DNA of 64,000 nt from Mustelus asterias (GCF_964213995.1 NC_135820.1:3534001-3598000); one strand, 5' to 3'; counted from the stretch's first letter, positions 36,181-50,005 are shown. Program-made: numbers and translations. The notes: generated by a model not told the origin, from the sequence alone.

Positions 36181-37269
36181 GAGGTAGGTTGCCCAAACAC
36201 GGCATATATAGACAGAGACACAATTGCAAGATAATTACAGATTGGATTGTGAAGAATGATTGGAATGCGAGTCTTTCCAGGTAGTCAAGTCTTTACAGGT
36301 ACAAACAGTATGAGTGGGGAGAGGGGTAATCACAGGTTAAAGAGGTGTGAATTGTCTCAAGTCAGGACAATTAGTCGGATTTTACAAACCCAGGCAGTAT
36401 GGTGGGGGTTTACATGTAGAGTGACGTGAACCCAATATCCCGGCTGAGGCTGTCATCATGCGGACAGAAATTGGCGATCAGTTTCTGCTCGGCGATTCTG
36501 CGTTGTCGTGTGTCTTGAAGACAGCCTTGGAAAACGCTTACCCGAAGATGGGAGGCTGAATGCTCTTGACTGCTGAAGTGTTTCCCGACTGGAAGGGAAC
36601 ACTCCTGTCTGTCGATTGTTGTGTGGTGTCCGTTCGTCGCCTCACAGTGCCAGGGGCCCGGGTTCGATTCCCGGCTTGAGTCACTGTCTGTGCAGAGTCT
36701 GCATGTTCTCCCCTCGTCTGTGTGGGTTTCCTCCGGGTGCTCCGGTTTCCTCCCACAGTTTGAAAGACACGCTGGTTGGGTGCATTGGCCGTGCTAAATT
36801 CTTCCTCAATGTCCCCGACCAGGCACCAGAGTGCGGCGACGAGGGGATTTTCACAGTAACTTCATTGCAGTGTTCATGTAAGCCTATTTGTGACACTAAT
36901 AAATAAACTTTAAAAACTATTTGCAGCAAATTAAATCCATGGCTCGTTCAGTTATCAAGTTGATATTTTGCACTGAATGATTGGTGTTTTGCGCTCAAGG
37001 GGATTGGTATTGTCACTGGGCTAGTAATCCAGAGAGACAGGACAGGATCTGGGCACACGGATTCAAATCCCACCACGGCAGACGGTGAAACTTCAATTCA
37101 ATTCAATAAAAAGTCTCATGAAATTGATTGTCGGAAAAATCCATCTGGTTCACTAATATCCTTCAGGGAAGGAAATCTGCCATCCTGACCTGGTCTGGCC
37201 TACAAATGACTCCTGATCCAGATGGTTGACACTCAGCTGCCCTCTGCATTTTGGAAGGTCCTAAGCATG

Positions 37270-37472
37270 TAGGAATTATACAGTAAATTTAGAACCCTTT
37301 GGAGTATTGACAGGCAGATAGATCTGTGCGTACAAGTCCACCAATCACTGAAAGTGGCAACGGAGGTGGATAAGGTAGTCAAGAAGGCATACGGCATGCT
37401 TGCCTTCATCAGTCGGGGCATTGAGTGTAAAAATTGGCGGGTCTTGCTGTAGCTGTAGAGGAACTTAGGCCT

Positions 37473-37504
<32 letters not shown>

Positions 37505-38010
37505 GCACTACCAGAAGGATGTGGATGCTTTGGAGAAGGTACAGAAGAGGTTTATCAGGATGTTGCCTGGTCTGGAGGGTATTAGCTATGAGGAGAGGTT
37601 GGTTAAACTTGGTTTGTTCTCACTGGAACAATGGAGGTTGAGGGGCAACCTGATGGAGGTTGACAAGATTATGAGTGGCATGGAAAGAGTGGATAGTCAG
37701 ATGCTCTTTCCTTGGGTAGAAAAGTCAAGTACCAGGGATAGAGGTTTAAAGTGCGTGGGGAAAAGTTGAGAGGAGATGTGCGAGGCAAGTTCTTTACACA
37801 AGGGGGTGGTGAATGTTTGGAACACGCTGCCCCGGGAAGTGGTGGGAGTAGATATGATAGTGGCATTAAAAGGGCAACCAGACGAATACATGAAGAGGAT
37901 GGGAATGGAAGGATACAGACGACATAAGTGCAGATGGTTTTAGTTTCGGCAGGCATCATGATCAGCGCAGGCTTGGAGGGCCGAAGGGCCTATTCCTGTG
38001 CTGCTCTTTG
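37270..38010 (+). mobile_element. CR1 LINE 3' fragment
   Basis: RPHLEYCVQFWSPHYQKD...; 3' UTR gggccgaagggcctattcctgtgctg. Confidence 0.85.
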
Positions 38011-39377
38011 TTTTTTTCAATGGAGGGCAGTTAGGGGTGGACATTAATTGGACCCAGACAACAACGCCCACATCCTCTGAGTGAATAAAAGAAAACAAAA
38101 TCTCCCAATGAAGAAGCAGATCAATAATTTTTATTATTATTCTCTGTCTTTTCCATTCAGGGATCGATAAATGTTTTCTGGGTTAGATTGTCAAGTTGTG
38201 GAGCCAAGCAAGCTTGTGTCAAATCAGCCATACTTGATTGAACTGTGGAACAGTCTCAAGGGGCTGAATGGCCTCCTGAATCTTCTTACATAGTTCCTTG
38301 TGAGCATTAGGGAAAAGTCTGAATTTCCTTGCAGAAAGCAATGATGATGTTTTATAAATGTCATTAATTTAGATATTTGACAGGAGTGAGAAGATTTTTT
38401 TTTGCAATCCACGTACACACACCCACAGGTATTAGTGCAAAAGGTAATGAAGAAAGTCAATGAAATGTTGGTCTTTGTCTCAAGGTGTTTGGAATACCTT
38501 GTGAATCAGTTAAGGGCTACCGCCAGTAATTTTACTCTGCAGTGACCACATTGAGTTCTGAGCATCACATATCAAGAAGGAGACATTCAAGGATACGGGA
38601 CAAGTGCAGGAAAGTAGGAGCGTGACTTTATTGGCAGTTCTTGTCGGTGCAAACTCGAAGGGCCGAAATGCCTTTTCTGCACAGTACGATTCTATGACTC
38701 TCTGCACATGTGTGCCCCAAAGAGATGCTGAAATTAGATCAAGCATTTTTATTATTAAAGACAGGGGGTAACGCCATTGTCCATCCTGCATAGAGTAACC
38801 ACCTGTTTTCAGGTGAACTCCTCTGAGCCCAAGCAATTGGAGTCTCGCTCAACCCCTATCTCCGTCCAACCAAAACCCCTTCGACCTCAGATGAACCCAC
38901 TCCATGGAAACACACAATCCTATCTCAACCTGTTCCACTTCAACCTCGAACACAATCCAACTGCCGTCGACGCATTTTTAAAAAATATTGTTTTGTAGGA
39001 CATGGGCGTCACTGGCTGGCCAGCATCGGGCAGTTGCGGGTCAACCACATTGCTGTGGCTCTGGAGTCACACGTTGGCCAGACCTGGGAAAGACAACAGA
39101 TTTCCTTCCCTAAAAAGACATGAGTGAGCCAGTTAGGTTTTTCCAACAATTGACAACAGTTGCATGGCATTCGGTAGATTCTTAATTCCAGATCTTTTGT
39201 ATTGAATTCAATTTCCACCACCTGCCGCGGCAGGTCGATTGGCCATGTGAAATTACCACTTGGTGTCCAAAGATGTGTAGGTTAGCTGGATTGGCCATGG
39301 TAAATTACCCTTACTGTCCAAAGATGTGCAGGTTAGATGGATTGGCCACGCTAAATTACCCTGACTGTCCAAAGATG

Positions 39378-40563
39378 CAGTAAGAAGTTTAACAACACCA
39401 GGTTAAAGTCCAACAGGTTTATTTGGTAGCAAGAGCCACACAAGCTTTCGGAGCTGCAAGCCCCTTCTTCAGGTGAGTGGGAATTCTGTTCACAAACAGA
39501 GCATATAAAGACACAGACTCAATTTACATGAATAATGGTTGGAATGCGAATACTTACAACTAATCAAGTCTTTAAGAAACAAAACAATGTGAGTGGAGAG
39601 AGCATCAAGACAGGCTAAAAAGATGTGCATTGTCTCCAGACAAGACAGCCAGTGAAACTCTGTGGGGGTTACAGATAGTGTGACATGAACCCAATGTCCC
39701 GGTTGAGGCCATCCTCGTGTGTGCGGAACTTGGCTATCAGTTTCTGCTCAGCGACTCTGCGCCGTCGTGTGTCGCGAAGGCCGCCTTGGAGAACGCTTAC
39801 CCGAATATCAGAGGCCGAATGCCCGTGACCGCTGAAGTGCTCCCCAACAGGAAGAGAACAGTCTTGCCTGGTGATTGTCGAGCGGTGTTCATTCATCCGT
39901 TGTCGCCGCGCCTGCATAGTTTCCCCAATGTACCATGCCTCGGGACACCCTGAGGCATGTCCCGAGGCATGGTACATTGGGGAAACTATGCAGGCGCGGC
40001 GACAACGGATGAATGAACACCGCTCGACAATCACCAGGCAAGACTGTTCTCTTCCTGTTGGGGAGCACTTCAGCGGTCACGGGCATTCGGCCTCTGATAT
40101 TCGGGTAAGCGTTCTCCAAGGCGGCCTTCGCGACACACGACGGCGCAGAGTTGCTGAGCAGAAACTGATAGCCAAGTTCCGCACACACGAGGACGGCCTC
40201 AACCGGGACATTGGGTTCATGTCACACTATCTGTAACCCCAATAGAGTTTCACTGGCAGTCTTGTCTGGAGACAATACACATCTTTTTAGCCTGTCTTGA
40301 TGCTCTCTCCACTCACATTGTTTTGTTTCTTAAAGACTTGATTAGTTGTAAGTATTCGCATTCCAACCATTATTCATGTAAATTGAGTCTGTGTCTTCAT
40401 ATGCTCTGTTTGTGAACAGAATTCCCACTCACCTGAAGAAGGGGCTTGCAGCTCCGAAAGCTTGTGTGGCTTTTGCTACCAAATAAACCTGTTGGACTTT
40501 AACCTGGTGTTGTTAAACTTCTTACTGTGTTTACCCCAGTCCAACGCCGGCATCTCCACATCA
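39378..40563. mobile_element. Palindromic Penelope-like insertion (570-bp arms, 10-nt spacer) inside a SINE-core array
   Basis: Arms 39378-39947 and 39958-40527; mirror ORFs 39669-40034(-) and 39871-40236(+); flanking tgtccaaagatg at 39366-39377 and 40564-40575. Confidence 0.95.
40425..40469 (+). ncRNA. Minimal hammerhead motif (mirror copy at 39436-39480 on the minus strand)
   Basis: ccactcac CTGAAGA a GGGGC ttgca GCTCC GAAA GCTT gtgtgg. Confidence 0.65.
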
Positions 40564-40822
40564 TGTCCAAAGATGTGCAGGTTAGGTGGATTGGCCATGC
40601 CAAATTGCCGCTTGGTATCAAAAGATGTGTAGGCTATGTGGATTGGCCATGCTAAATTGCCCCTTAGTGTCAAATGATGTGTAGGTTCGGAGGATTGGCC
40701 ATGATAAGTTGCCCTTAGATGCTCAGAGTTGTGCAGATAAAGTGGTTTGGCCATGCTAAATTGCCCCTTGGTGTCCAAAGATGAGTAGTTAGTTGGATTT
40801 GCCATGCTAAATTGCCCCTTAG

Positions 40823-43440
40823 TTTGATTTGATTGATTATTTTGATCTGATTTATTATTTTATTTGATTTGATTTATTATTGTGACATGTATTAACATAC
40901 AGTGAAACATATTGTTTCTTATGCACTATACAGACAAAACACATTGTTCATAGGAAACGAGAGAGTGCAGAATGTTGTGTTACAGTCACAGCTAGGGTGT
41001 AGAGAAAGATCAAATTAATGCAAGGGAAGTCCATTCAAAAGTCTGACAGCAGCAGGGAAGAAGCTGTTCTTGAGTCATAGAACATAGAACATAGAACATT
41101 ACAGCGCAGTACAGGCCCTTTGGCCCTCGATGTTGCGCCGACCAGTGAAACCAATCTAAAGCCCATCGAACATACACTATTCCATTATCATCCATATGTT
41201 TATCCAATGACCATTTAAATGCCCTTCATGTTGGCGAGTCCACTACTGCTGCAGGCAGGGCATTCCACACCCTTACCACTCTCTGAGTGAAGAACCTACC
41301 TCTGACATCTGTCCTATATATATATCACCCCTCAATTTAAAGCTATGTCCCCTCGTGCTAGCTATCACCATCCGAGGAAAAAGGCTCTCTCTATCCACCC
41401 TATCTAATCCTCTGATCATATTGTATGCCTCTATTAATTCACCTCTTGACCTTCTTCTCTCTAACGAAAACAACCTCAAGTCCCTCAGCCTTTCCTCATA
41501 AGACCTTCCCACCATACCAGGCAACATCCTAGTAAATCTCCTCTGCACCCTTTCCAATGCATCCACATCCTTCCTATAATGCGGTGGCCAGAACTGGACG
41601 CAATACTCCAAGTGCGGCCGCACCAGAGTTTTATACAGCTGCAACATGATCTCCTGGCTCCGAAACTCAATCCCTCTACCAATAAAGCTAACACTCCATC
41701 CGCCTCCTCAACAACCCTATCAGCCTGGTTGCCAACTTTCATGGATCTATGCACATGGACACCGAGATCTCTCTGTTCATCCACACTACCAAGTATCTTA
41801 CCATTAGCCCAGTACTCTGTAATCCTGTTAGTCCTATCAAAGTGAATCACCTCACACTTTTCCGCATTGAACTCCATTTGCCACCTCTCAGCCCAGCACT
41901 GCAGCTTATCTATGTCCCTCTTTCACCTGCAACAACCTTCCGCACTGTCCACAACTCCACCGACTTTAGTGTCATCCGCAAATTTACTAACCCATCCTCT
42001 ACGCCCTCATCCAGGTCATTTATAAAAATGACAAACAGCAGTGGCCCCAAAACAGATCCTTGCGGTACACCACTAGTTACTGAACTCCAGGATGAACATT
42101 TCCCATCAACCACCACCCTCTGTCTTCTTACAGCTAGCCAATTCCTGATCCAAACCGCTAAATCACCCTCAATCCCATGTCTCCGTATCTTCTGCAATAG
42201 CTTACCGTGGGGAACCTTATCAAACGCTTTACTGAAATCCATATACACCACATCAACTGCTTTACCCTCATCCACCTCAAAGAACTCAATAAGGTTTGTG
42301 AGGCACGACCTACCCTTCACAAAACCGTGTTGACTATCCCTAATCAAATTATTCCTTTCTAGATGATTATAAATCTTATCTCTTATAATCCTTCCCAAAA
42401 CTTTGCCCACGACAGAAGTAAGGCTCACTGGTCTATAATTACCAGGGTTGTCTCTACTTCCCTTCTTGAACAAGGGGACAACATTTGCTCTCCTCCAGTC
42501 TTCTGGCACTATTCCTGTAGACAATGACGACCTAAAAATCAAAGCCAAAGGCTCTGCAATCTCTTCCCGAGCCTCCCAGAGAATCCTGGGATAAATCCCA
42601 TCCAATCCAGGGGATTTATCTGTTTTCACACTTTCGAGAATTGCTAACACCTCCTCCTTATTAACCTCAATCCCGTCTAGTCCAATAGCCTGTATCTCAG
42701 CATTCTCCTTGACAACATTGTCTTTTTCCTGCACGAATACTGACGAAAAATATTCATTCAGTGCCTCTCCTATCTCTTCGGCCTCCACACACAACTTCCC
42801 ACCACTGTCCCTGACATGCCCTAATCTTACCCAAGTCATGTTTTTATTGCTGACATACCTATAGAAAGCTTTAGAGTTTTTCCTTGATCCTACCTGCCAA
42901 AGACTTCTCATGTCCCCTCCTGGCTCTTCCTAACTCTCTCTTTCGGTCCTTCCTGGCTAACTTGTAACTCTCAAGCACCCTAACTGAACCTTCACATCTC
43001 ATATTCACATAGGTCTCCTTCTTCCTCTTCACAAGAGATTCAACTTCTTTAGTAAACCACGGTCCCCTTACTCGACCATTTCCTCCCTGCCTGACAGGTA
43101 CATACTTATCAAGGACACCCAGCAGCTGTTCCTTGAACAAGCTCCACATTTCAATTGTGTCCATCCCCTTCTGGTTGGAACGTGACCTCAGACTTTTGTA
43201 TCTTTTTCCCAAAGGAAGAAGGTGGAAGAGAGAATGTCCAGGGTGCGTGGGGTCATTAATTATGCTGGCTGCTTTGCTGAGGCAGCGGGAAGAGTAGACA
43301 GAGTCAATGGATGGGAGGCTGGTTTGTGTGATGGATTGGGCTACATTCACGATCTTTTGTAGTTCCTTGCGGTCTTGGGCAGAGCAGGAGCCATACCAAG
43401 CTGTGATACAACCAGAAAGAATGTGTTCTATGGTGCATTC
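40823..43440 (-). mobile_element. Rex/Babar-like LINE fragment (40823-41076 and 43169-43440) split by a nested CR1
   Basis: IEHILSGCITAWYGSCSAQDRKELQ; the sequence ttgagtc|..ggttggaacgtg resumes after the CR1. Confidence 0.8.
41077..43168 (-). mobile_element. ~2.1-kb CR1 LINE, frameshifted
   Basis: [29 protein letters not shown] and [10 protein letters not shown] motifs; (TTCTATG)n tail at 41077-41098. Confidence 0.93.
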
Positions 43441-44612
43441 GATGGTGTGCAAAGATGTGTAGTTAGGTGGCGTGGTCATGATAACTTGCCCCTTAGCATC
43501 GAACGATGTGTAGTTAGGTGAATTGGCCATGGTAAATGTGTGGGGTTACAGGGAGAGGGGGAGAGAGAGCTGAGGTAAGATGGTCTGTCAGAAAGTTGGT
43601 GTAGACTCTTCTGCACTTTAGGGATACAATGATTGGGGGAGGCACTCAAGAGTGTACGTGCTCTCTTCGGTGCATTTGTTCATTTGAAGAGATGAGAGGA
43701 CAGCACAGGTACGAGTTTAAATTGGGTTTCTTTCATTGGTAAGAACTACATGACAGAAGCAAAAAATTGAACTTTCAGTCTGGCTTCTCAGCCGGGCCCA
43801 TTAATGTAAGAACTGGACTGAACTGAACTCACACACTCCAAAGCCACAATATATTTCAACCCTGATCTCACCATCGGAAGTGTTTTTCGCATGTTGTCTC
43901 TGCCTAGAAAAACAATCCTTGCAGCTGCTGTTATGGGAAACTGTTGTTTGCCTGCATTGTGTACCCTTCAGGAATGCAGTCAATATTTAGCTAACCCATC
44001 ATGCCTTCTGATTCTACATGTAATCACGTGAGCTACAATTATTCAGCTGTGCAGATTTAGTTAACACCTACAGTCTAGCATTTAAATGTAATTGTGCATC
44101 GGCTGAAATATCTTAAAATGAAGTCTTTGCACAGACTGAAGCAAACAGGGCTATGTATGTACAGGATCCCTCATGCTCCCACGGTGTAAAGGAAAGGGTT
44201 TATACCAACCTGGCATATCTCCTCTGAGCAACCAGAGGGAACTGATGATGTGACAGTTCCAAACAGTTCACAGAGAAGCGACATTTCAAATGTCCACATC
44301 ATTTTATTGTATTGACACAGTCTGAGGCAAAAGAAGGGAACACAGGCACAACACATTCCGATTGGAATAGGAATGCAACACTCGAACACAGTGATCATTA
44401 TTCCATCAAAATAGATAACAATTAATTAATAATACCATCCAAATGTGTACCATCCAAACATTGCCCTCAACATTATTAAGCAAACATGACTGTGTTCCTA
44501 TGTTAGTTGGGATTAATTCCGTGGGGGAACATTCAATATATCAATTGGCTATTGTACATTATAGCTTTAACACTTCATAACAGTGCATGACAATATTAAT
44601 ATATTAATATAA

Positions 44613-44953
44613 AGGGCGGCACGGTAGCGCAGTGGTTAGCACTGCTGCTTCACAGCTCCAGGGTCCCGGGTTCGATCCCCGGCTCGGGTCACTGTCTGTG
44701 TGGAGTTTGCACATTCTCCTCGTGTCTGTGTGGGTTTCCTCCGGGTGCTCCGGTTTCCTCCCACAGTCCAAAGATGTGCGGGTTATGTTGATTGGCCAGG
44801 TTAAAAATTGCCCCTTCGAATCCTAAGATGCGTAGGTTAGAGGGATTAGCGGGTAAATATGTGGGGGTAGGGTCTGGGTGGGATTGTGGTCGGTGCAGAC
44901 TCGATGGGCCGAATGGCCTCCTTCTGCACTGTAGGGTTTCTATGATTTCTATG
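44613..44953 (+). mobile_element. HE1/V-SINE-like element (young)
   Basis: Near-identical to 12451-12795. Confidence 0.9.
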
Positions 44954-45381
44954 AATATCGTCACTACCTTTTCCTGAGAGCAGAGGTCAATAACAACATC
45001 TGAAGCAGCCAAAGACTGATCCGAGGGGAGTCGAGGAGCAATGTTTGTCCCCAAAGGGTGAAAACTCATTGCCTTTATAATATTGTGGCTAAACTAAAAA
45101 AAGAATCACATTTAAGGAAATGTGTTTGGATGTTATCTCGAAGTGTAGAAAACGACAAGGCAACGCACCAAGGGTTGGAAAGTGGGATGATGTTGGACAG
45201 CTGTTCCTCAGCCAGCACAGATGCAATGGGCCGAATGACTTCACTCCGTGCACTTATATTTATATGACAGCATTTTGACATTACAGGCAAACTGCTTCAT
45301 TCCTGATGAATTGTACTTGCGTGGTTATGACACTGGGGCACGGTTGCAATGTTGTGGGAGAGACATCATGTCTGCTGTATT

Positions 45382-46790
45382 GGGGCGGCACAGTGGCACC
45401 GTGGTTGCCAGTGCAACCTCACAGCACCAGAGAGAAAAGTTTGAATGCAGCCTTGGGTGACTGTCTGTGTGGAGTTTGCACATTCTCCGAAGTCCGTGTG
45501 GATTTCGTCCGGGTGCTCCAGTTTTCTCCCACACTCCAAAGATGTGCAGGTTAGGTGGATTGGCCATGCTAAATTGCCCCTTAGTGTCCAAAGATGTGTA
45601 GGTTAGGTGCATTGGCCATGCTAAATTGCCCCTTACTGTCCTAAGATATATCCGTTAGTGGGATTGGCCATGCTAAATTGCCTCTTAATGTCAAACGATG
45701 TCTAGTTAAGTGGATTGGCCATGCAAAATTGCCCCTTAGTGTCCAAAGGTGTGTAGGTTAGGTGCATTGGCCATGCTAAATTGCCCCTTACTGTCCCAAG
45801 GTATGTATGTTCGTGGGATTGGCCATGCTAAATTGCCTCTTCGTGTCAAATGATGTCTAGTTAAGTGGATTGGCCATGCTAAATTGCCCCTTAGTGTCCA
45901 AAGGCATGGAGGTTAGGTGAATTTGCCATGCTAAATTTCCCCTTCCTGTCCCAAGATATGTACGTTCGTGGGATTGGCCATGCTAAATTGCCTCTTAGTG
46001 TCCAAAGATCTGCAGGTTTGGTGGATTGGCCATGCTAAATTGTCCCTTAGTGTCAAACGATGTCTAGTCAAGTGGGTTGGCCATGTGAAATTGTCCCTTA
46101 GTGTCCAAAGGTGTGTAGGTTAGGTGCATTGGCCATGCTAAATTGCCTTTTCGTGTCGAAAGATGTGCAGGTTCGGTGGATTGGCCATGCTATATTGCCT
46201 CTTAGTGTCAAACGATGTCTAGTTAAGTGGATTGGCCATGCTAAATTGCCCCTTATTGTCCAAAGGTGTGTAGGTTAGGTGAATTTGCCATGCTAAATTG
46301 CCCCTTACTGTCCCAAGATATGTACGTTCGTGGGATTGGCCATACTAAATTGCCTCTTAGTGTCCAAAGATCTGCAGGTTTGGTGGATTGGCCATGCTAA
46401 ATTGTCCCTTCGTGTCCAAAGGTGTGTAGGTTAGGTGCATTGGCCATGCTAAATTGTCCCTTCGTGTCCAAAGGTGTGTAGGTTAGGTGCTTTGGCCATG
46501 CTAAATTGTCCCTTCGTGTCCAAAGGTGTGTAGGTTAGGTGCATTGGCCATGCTAAATTGCCCCTTACTGTCCCAAGATATGTACGTTCGTGGGATTGGC
46601 CATGCTAAATTGCCTCTTAGTGTCAAACAATGTCCAGTTAAGTGGATTGGCCATGCTAAATTGCCCCTTTGTGTCCAAAGATGACGAGGTGGATTGGCTA
46701 TTATCAATGCGTGGGTTTACAGGATTGGACTCTTTTGGAGGGTCGGTGCGCACTCAATGGGCTGAATGGCCTCCTTCTGCAGTGTTGAGA
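45382..46790 (+). repeat. SINE with an internal tandem array (~22 x 51-52 bp) of its core
   Basis: Head 45382-45535, array 45535-46700, tail to ~46785; recurring unit variants. Confidence 0.92.
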
Positions 46791-47293
46791 TGTTGAGGTA
46801 TCTTATCTCAATGGAAGGAATGTCTCCAAACTTTGATTCAAACGTCAAAACTGCCAATGTGCGATCACATTCATCTTGCGGGATGTATGATAAAACTGCA
46901 AGCTCTATAAATGCAAAAGCATCTCAATTCGGTTCAAGTTAATGAACAGGGAGAAAAATAACCAGTGATAACTAACAGTGTCATATCATTCCAAACCTTG
47001 TTACAACGCAGGACCACATATATATGTACCTCTCTACCTTAGAGGATAGAGTTGAACATTTGCAATCCATTACTGATGAATATAAGTGAATTTAATCTCC
47101 TGTTTCAGAACGCTACACACAACTCCTTCTATCTGCACTGGGCCATGTTCTCTTGCTGATCTCTCCTACTCTGTTGGTGTGTGATCAGGATGCTCAATAG
47201 AGGGAGCTATTGAAGCTAATTATGTCCTGGCATGGTGAACACTTTGTATCAACAGATGTTCCAATTTTTATTGTCAAATGTATCTACTGCTTA

Positions 47294-49053
47294 ATCATAG
47301 AATCATAGAATCCGACAGTGCAGAAGGAGGCCATTCGGCCCATCCACCCTGCACCGACCACAATCCCTCCCAGGCCCTATCCCCATGCAAGTCCTGCAAG
47401 TCCCTCTGACACCAAGGGGCAAATTAGAATAGTCAATCCACCTAGCTTGCACATCTATGGACTGTGGGAAAAAACTGAAGCACCCGGAGGATACCCACGC
47501 ATTCACGGGGAGAAGGTGCAGACTCCGCACAGACTCCCACGCTGGGATTTGAAACCGGATCTCAGGCGTTGTGAGGCAGCAGTGCTAACCACTCTGCTAC
47601 CCTGCCACACTGGATTGTGAATCTCTGGAATTCCCTGCACCAAAGGGCCCCTGGTTCAATTCCCGGGCTCTGGTCTCTGTCTGTGGGGTGTCTACACATC
47701 TTCCCTGTGTCTGCGTGAGTTTCCCCCGGGTGGTCCAGTTTCTTCCCACAGTCCGAAAGACGAGATGGTTAGCTGCATTGGCCGTGCTAAATCCGAGGCT
47801 GTGCCCTGGAATCCTGGTCTCTCCTCCTCATGGAAACTTCTTCCTCACATCCATATAATGAGTTCTTCACACACGGTTTGGGGGTTAAATCTCAGCTTGG
47901 ACACTGGCAAGAGGATCCCCTGCACTTTGACTTTCAAAATACTGACCCTGGGATCTTTTATGTTTCCTGAGATGTTTAACCCAAAAAAGTTATGTCAAGT
48001 TTATTTATTAGTCACAAGTAACACTGTAATGAAGTTACTGTGAAAATCCCCTTGACGCCACACTCCAGCACCTGTTCAGATCAATGCACCTAAACAGCTC
48101 GTCTTTCAGACTGTGGGAGGAAACCGGAGCACCCGGAGGAAACCCACGCAGACACGGGGAGAATGTGCAGGCTCCGCACAGACAGTGACCCAAGACCGGG
48201 AATGAAACCGGGTCCATGACTCTGTGAGGCAGCAGTGCTAACCACTGTGCCAGCGTGCCACCCTGCAGGGTGGCATATAGCATGGGATTAAGCTGGCATG
48301 TGGAATGTTGCCATTTATTGGAAAGGGTTAGAATACAGAATGAGGGAAGTTTCACTGCAGCTGTACAGGGCCATGCTGGAACCACATATGGAGTATTGTG
48401 TACCATTTTGGTGTCCTTATTGGAAAGCAAATAATCTCCTTCGAGGCAGTTTGTCTCATTCCAGGTGGAAGGTGTTTATATTGTGAGGAAAGTCTGAAGA
48501 GATTAGCCCTGTCAACATGGGAATTCTGAGGCCATTTTATTGAATTCTGTACGGCCCTGAGCGAGCTGGATTGGGTGGATGTTTGAGGAATATTACATCT
48601 TGGGTGGGATTCTCATAAAAATAATTCTGAGTGCAAAGAGACGTAAAACCGCTGGTTTTTCCAGCAAGAGTTTCAGAATGAATCTTTCACACCTGTGCTC
48701 TGCAGAGCGTACGACCATGAATTGGGGCAGCACGTTGGCACAATGTTTAGCACTGCTGCCTCACAGAACCAGGGACCCGGGTTCAATTCCCGGCTTGGTT
48801 CACGGTCTGTGTGGAGTTTACACATTCTCTCTGTGTTTGCGTGCGTTTTCTCCGGGTGCTCCGGGTTCCTCCCACACTCCAAAGATGTGCCGGTTAGGTA
48901 GATTGGCCTTGATAAATTTTCCGTTAGTGTCAGGGAGACTAGCTCGGGTAAATGCATGGGGTTATGGGGATAGGGTCTGGGTGGGATTGTGGTTGGTACA
49001 GAGTGATGGGCCGAATGGCCTCCTCCTGCACTGTAGGATGCTATGATTCTATG
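47294..49053. mobile_element. Cluster of V-SINE-like elements (- 47294-47606, - 47995-48263, + 48724-49053) and a CR1 relic (~48290-48600)
   Basis: SINE heads, cores and tails. Confidence 0.8.
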
Positions 49054-49816
49054 AATCCCATTAGAAATCAGTGTGTGGGCCTATTCCCGCTGGAGACGCC
49101 TGCAGCAGAGCGCTGAGCGAACCAGTGCACATGCGCCAATCTGTCAGCGCCGACATTGGTGCACTGCCAGCTTCCTGATTGCCACAACCCACATCGCTGG
49201 CCACGCGACACCACTCCCTCCACTCCCTGCACCACTTGAACACTGGCCTCCCGGATGTGTCTGTGCCAGCCCCGACCACCCCCGGCACTCCTGATCTCTG
49301 GATCCACCAACATCCGTAGCCCTGACCCCGAGGCAGGCCGATTGCCCTTGCCCCCTCCCCATCCCGATGGCCAGCCTCAATCACTGGCCTCCCTCCCTCT
49401 GTCAGCACCGAGTGCAGAGTGGCAATGGGACCCTCCACTCACACAGATCGCCCCTCAGAGGTCCCGCTCCCTTTACTCCCCCATTCCGCCCTGCCCCCTT
49501 GGCACTGCCCGATGGCACTTCCAAGGAGCCCCCAGCACATTGGCATTTTGCCCCTTGGGCAGTGCCAGGGGACCAAGTTGGCTTTGCAAATGTGGCCATG
49601 CCCAGGGGGCACTCTCCAGACCCTCGGCACCCAACCCTCTGAGAGTTCCTTGAATGCCCCCGCTTCTCTCTAACAGGGTCGGGCTGCCAGCTCCACGCAG
49701 TTAAATCCCATTGGCGTGACATACTCCTGTCAGGCAGGAAAGGCTAGTGGGAGGCTTCAGTCCCGGACACGCTAATGAGATCAAAATGAATATTAAACTA
49801 ATTTATATAGCCTTGC

Positions 49817-50005
49817 GATGGATAGATTGATGGATGGATGGATGGATGGACGGACGGACGGAGGGACGGACGGACGGAGGGACGGACGGACGGACGGGTG
49901 GGCGGGCGGGCGGGCGGGCGGACGGGCGGGCGGGCGGACGGGCGGGCGGGCGGACGGGCGGGCGGGCGGGCGGGCGGGCGGGTGGGTGGGTGGGTGGGTG
50001 GGTGA
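49817..50005 (+). repeat. Graded compound microsatellite (GGAT)n-(GGAC)n-(GGGC)n-(GGGT)n
   Basis: Direct inspection. Confidence 0.95.

Larger units (their letters stand above)
35582..36635 (-). mobile_element. Penelope-like element with two direct-repeat 3' ends (35582-35870 and 36068-36635) separated by a SINE piece
   Basis: Repeated gtaagaagtctcacaacaccagg...ggtgagtggagagg; GIY-YIG C-terminal remnant at 36420-36635. Confidence 0.8.

Noticed and set aside
38813-38998. Possible phase-0 cytoplasmic exon (VNSSEPKQ...SYLNL...)
   Set aside because: The acceptor is plausible, but there is no recognisable homology, the tyrosine motif is not a consensus ITIM, and the ORF runs into a SINE tail
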